A program made the position numbers and the translations under genes. Under the pieces are notes generated by a model that worked only from the letters and a program-made list of their open reading frames with translations, was not told the DNA's origin and searched no databases. 64,000 nt of DNA from Antedon mediterranea (Eukaryota > Animalia > Echinodermata). The stretch's first letter is position 1, and every line of letters starts with the position of its first letter. Of this stretch, positions 63,861 to 64,000 are shown in pieces. The stretch is taken from assembly GCF_964355755.1 (NCBI RefSeq), contig NC_092678.1, positions 19,051,365-19,115,364 on the forward strand, written 5' to 3'.

Positions 63861-64000
63861 TAATCTTTATATCTTTAATCATAAATGTGAAAGACGATAA
63901 TTTCATTAAAAAAAAACTTAAAAATTCATTTTAGTAGAATGAAAACATGTGAATACATGACATGGTAAAAATAACAGAGTTTATAGAAATGTTATTCTAC

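Overview
AT-rich eukaryotic (animal) genomic DNA with GT-AG introns; the SINE repertoire (Deu-domain, CORE-like, 5S-derived) suggests an invertebrate deuterostome such as an echinoderm, which is inference. Three host genes were reconstructed by hand from splice sites and frame continuity. (1) The 3' ten coding exons of TMEM209 on + (665-17671). (2) A RING-less coiled-coil/filamin/NHL (TRIM2/3/71-like) gene nested antisense in the 11.3-kb TMEM209 intron (9780-11324). (3) A 10-exon, ~1294-aa minus-strand gene (61266 to 30974) with N-terminal ARM-like helical repeats, a 2.38-kb acidic exon carrying GILK and RVxF (PP1-docking-like) motifs, and a C-terminus resembling the katanin p80 con80 domain. 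The rest is repeats: a near-intact Rex1/Babar-type LINE with one frameshift, LINE 3' fragments, tRNA/CORE/Deu SINEs, a composite 5S+tRNA+CORE SINE with a Rex1-like tail, Helentron-type non-autonomous elements, MITEs, foldbacks and minisatellites. TAGGCCTA is strongly over-represented. No database searches were run; family calls rest on recalled motifs.
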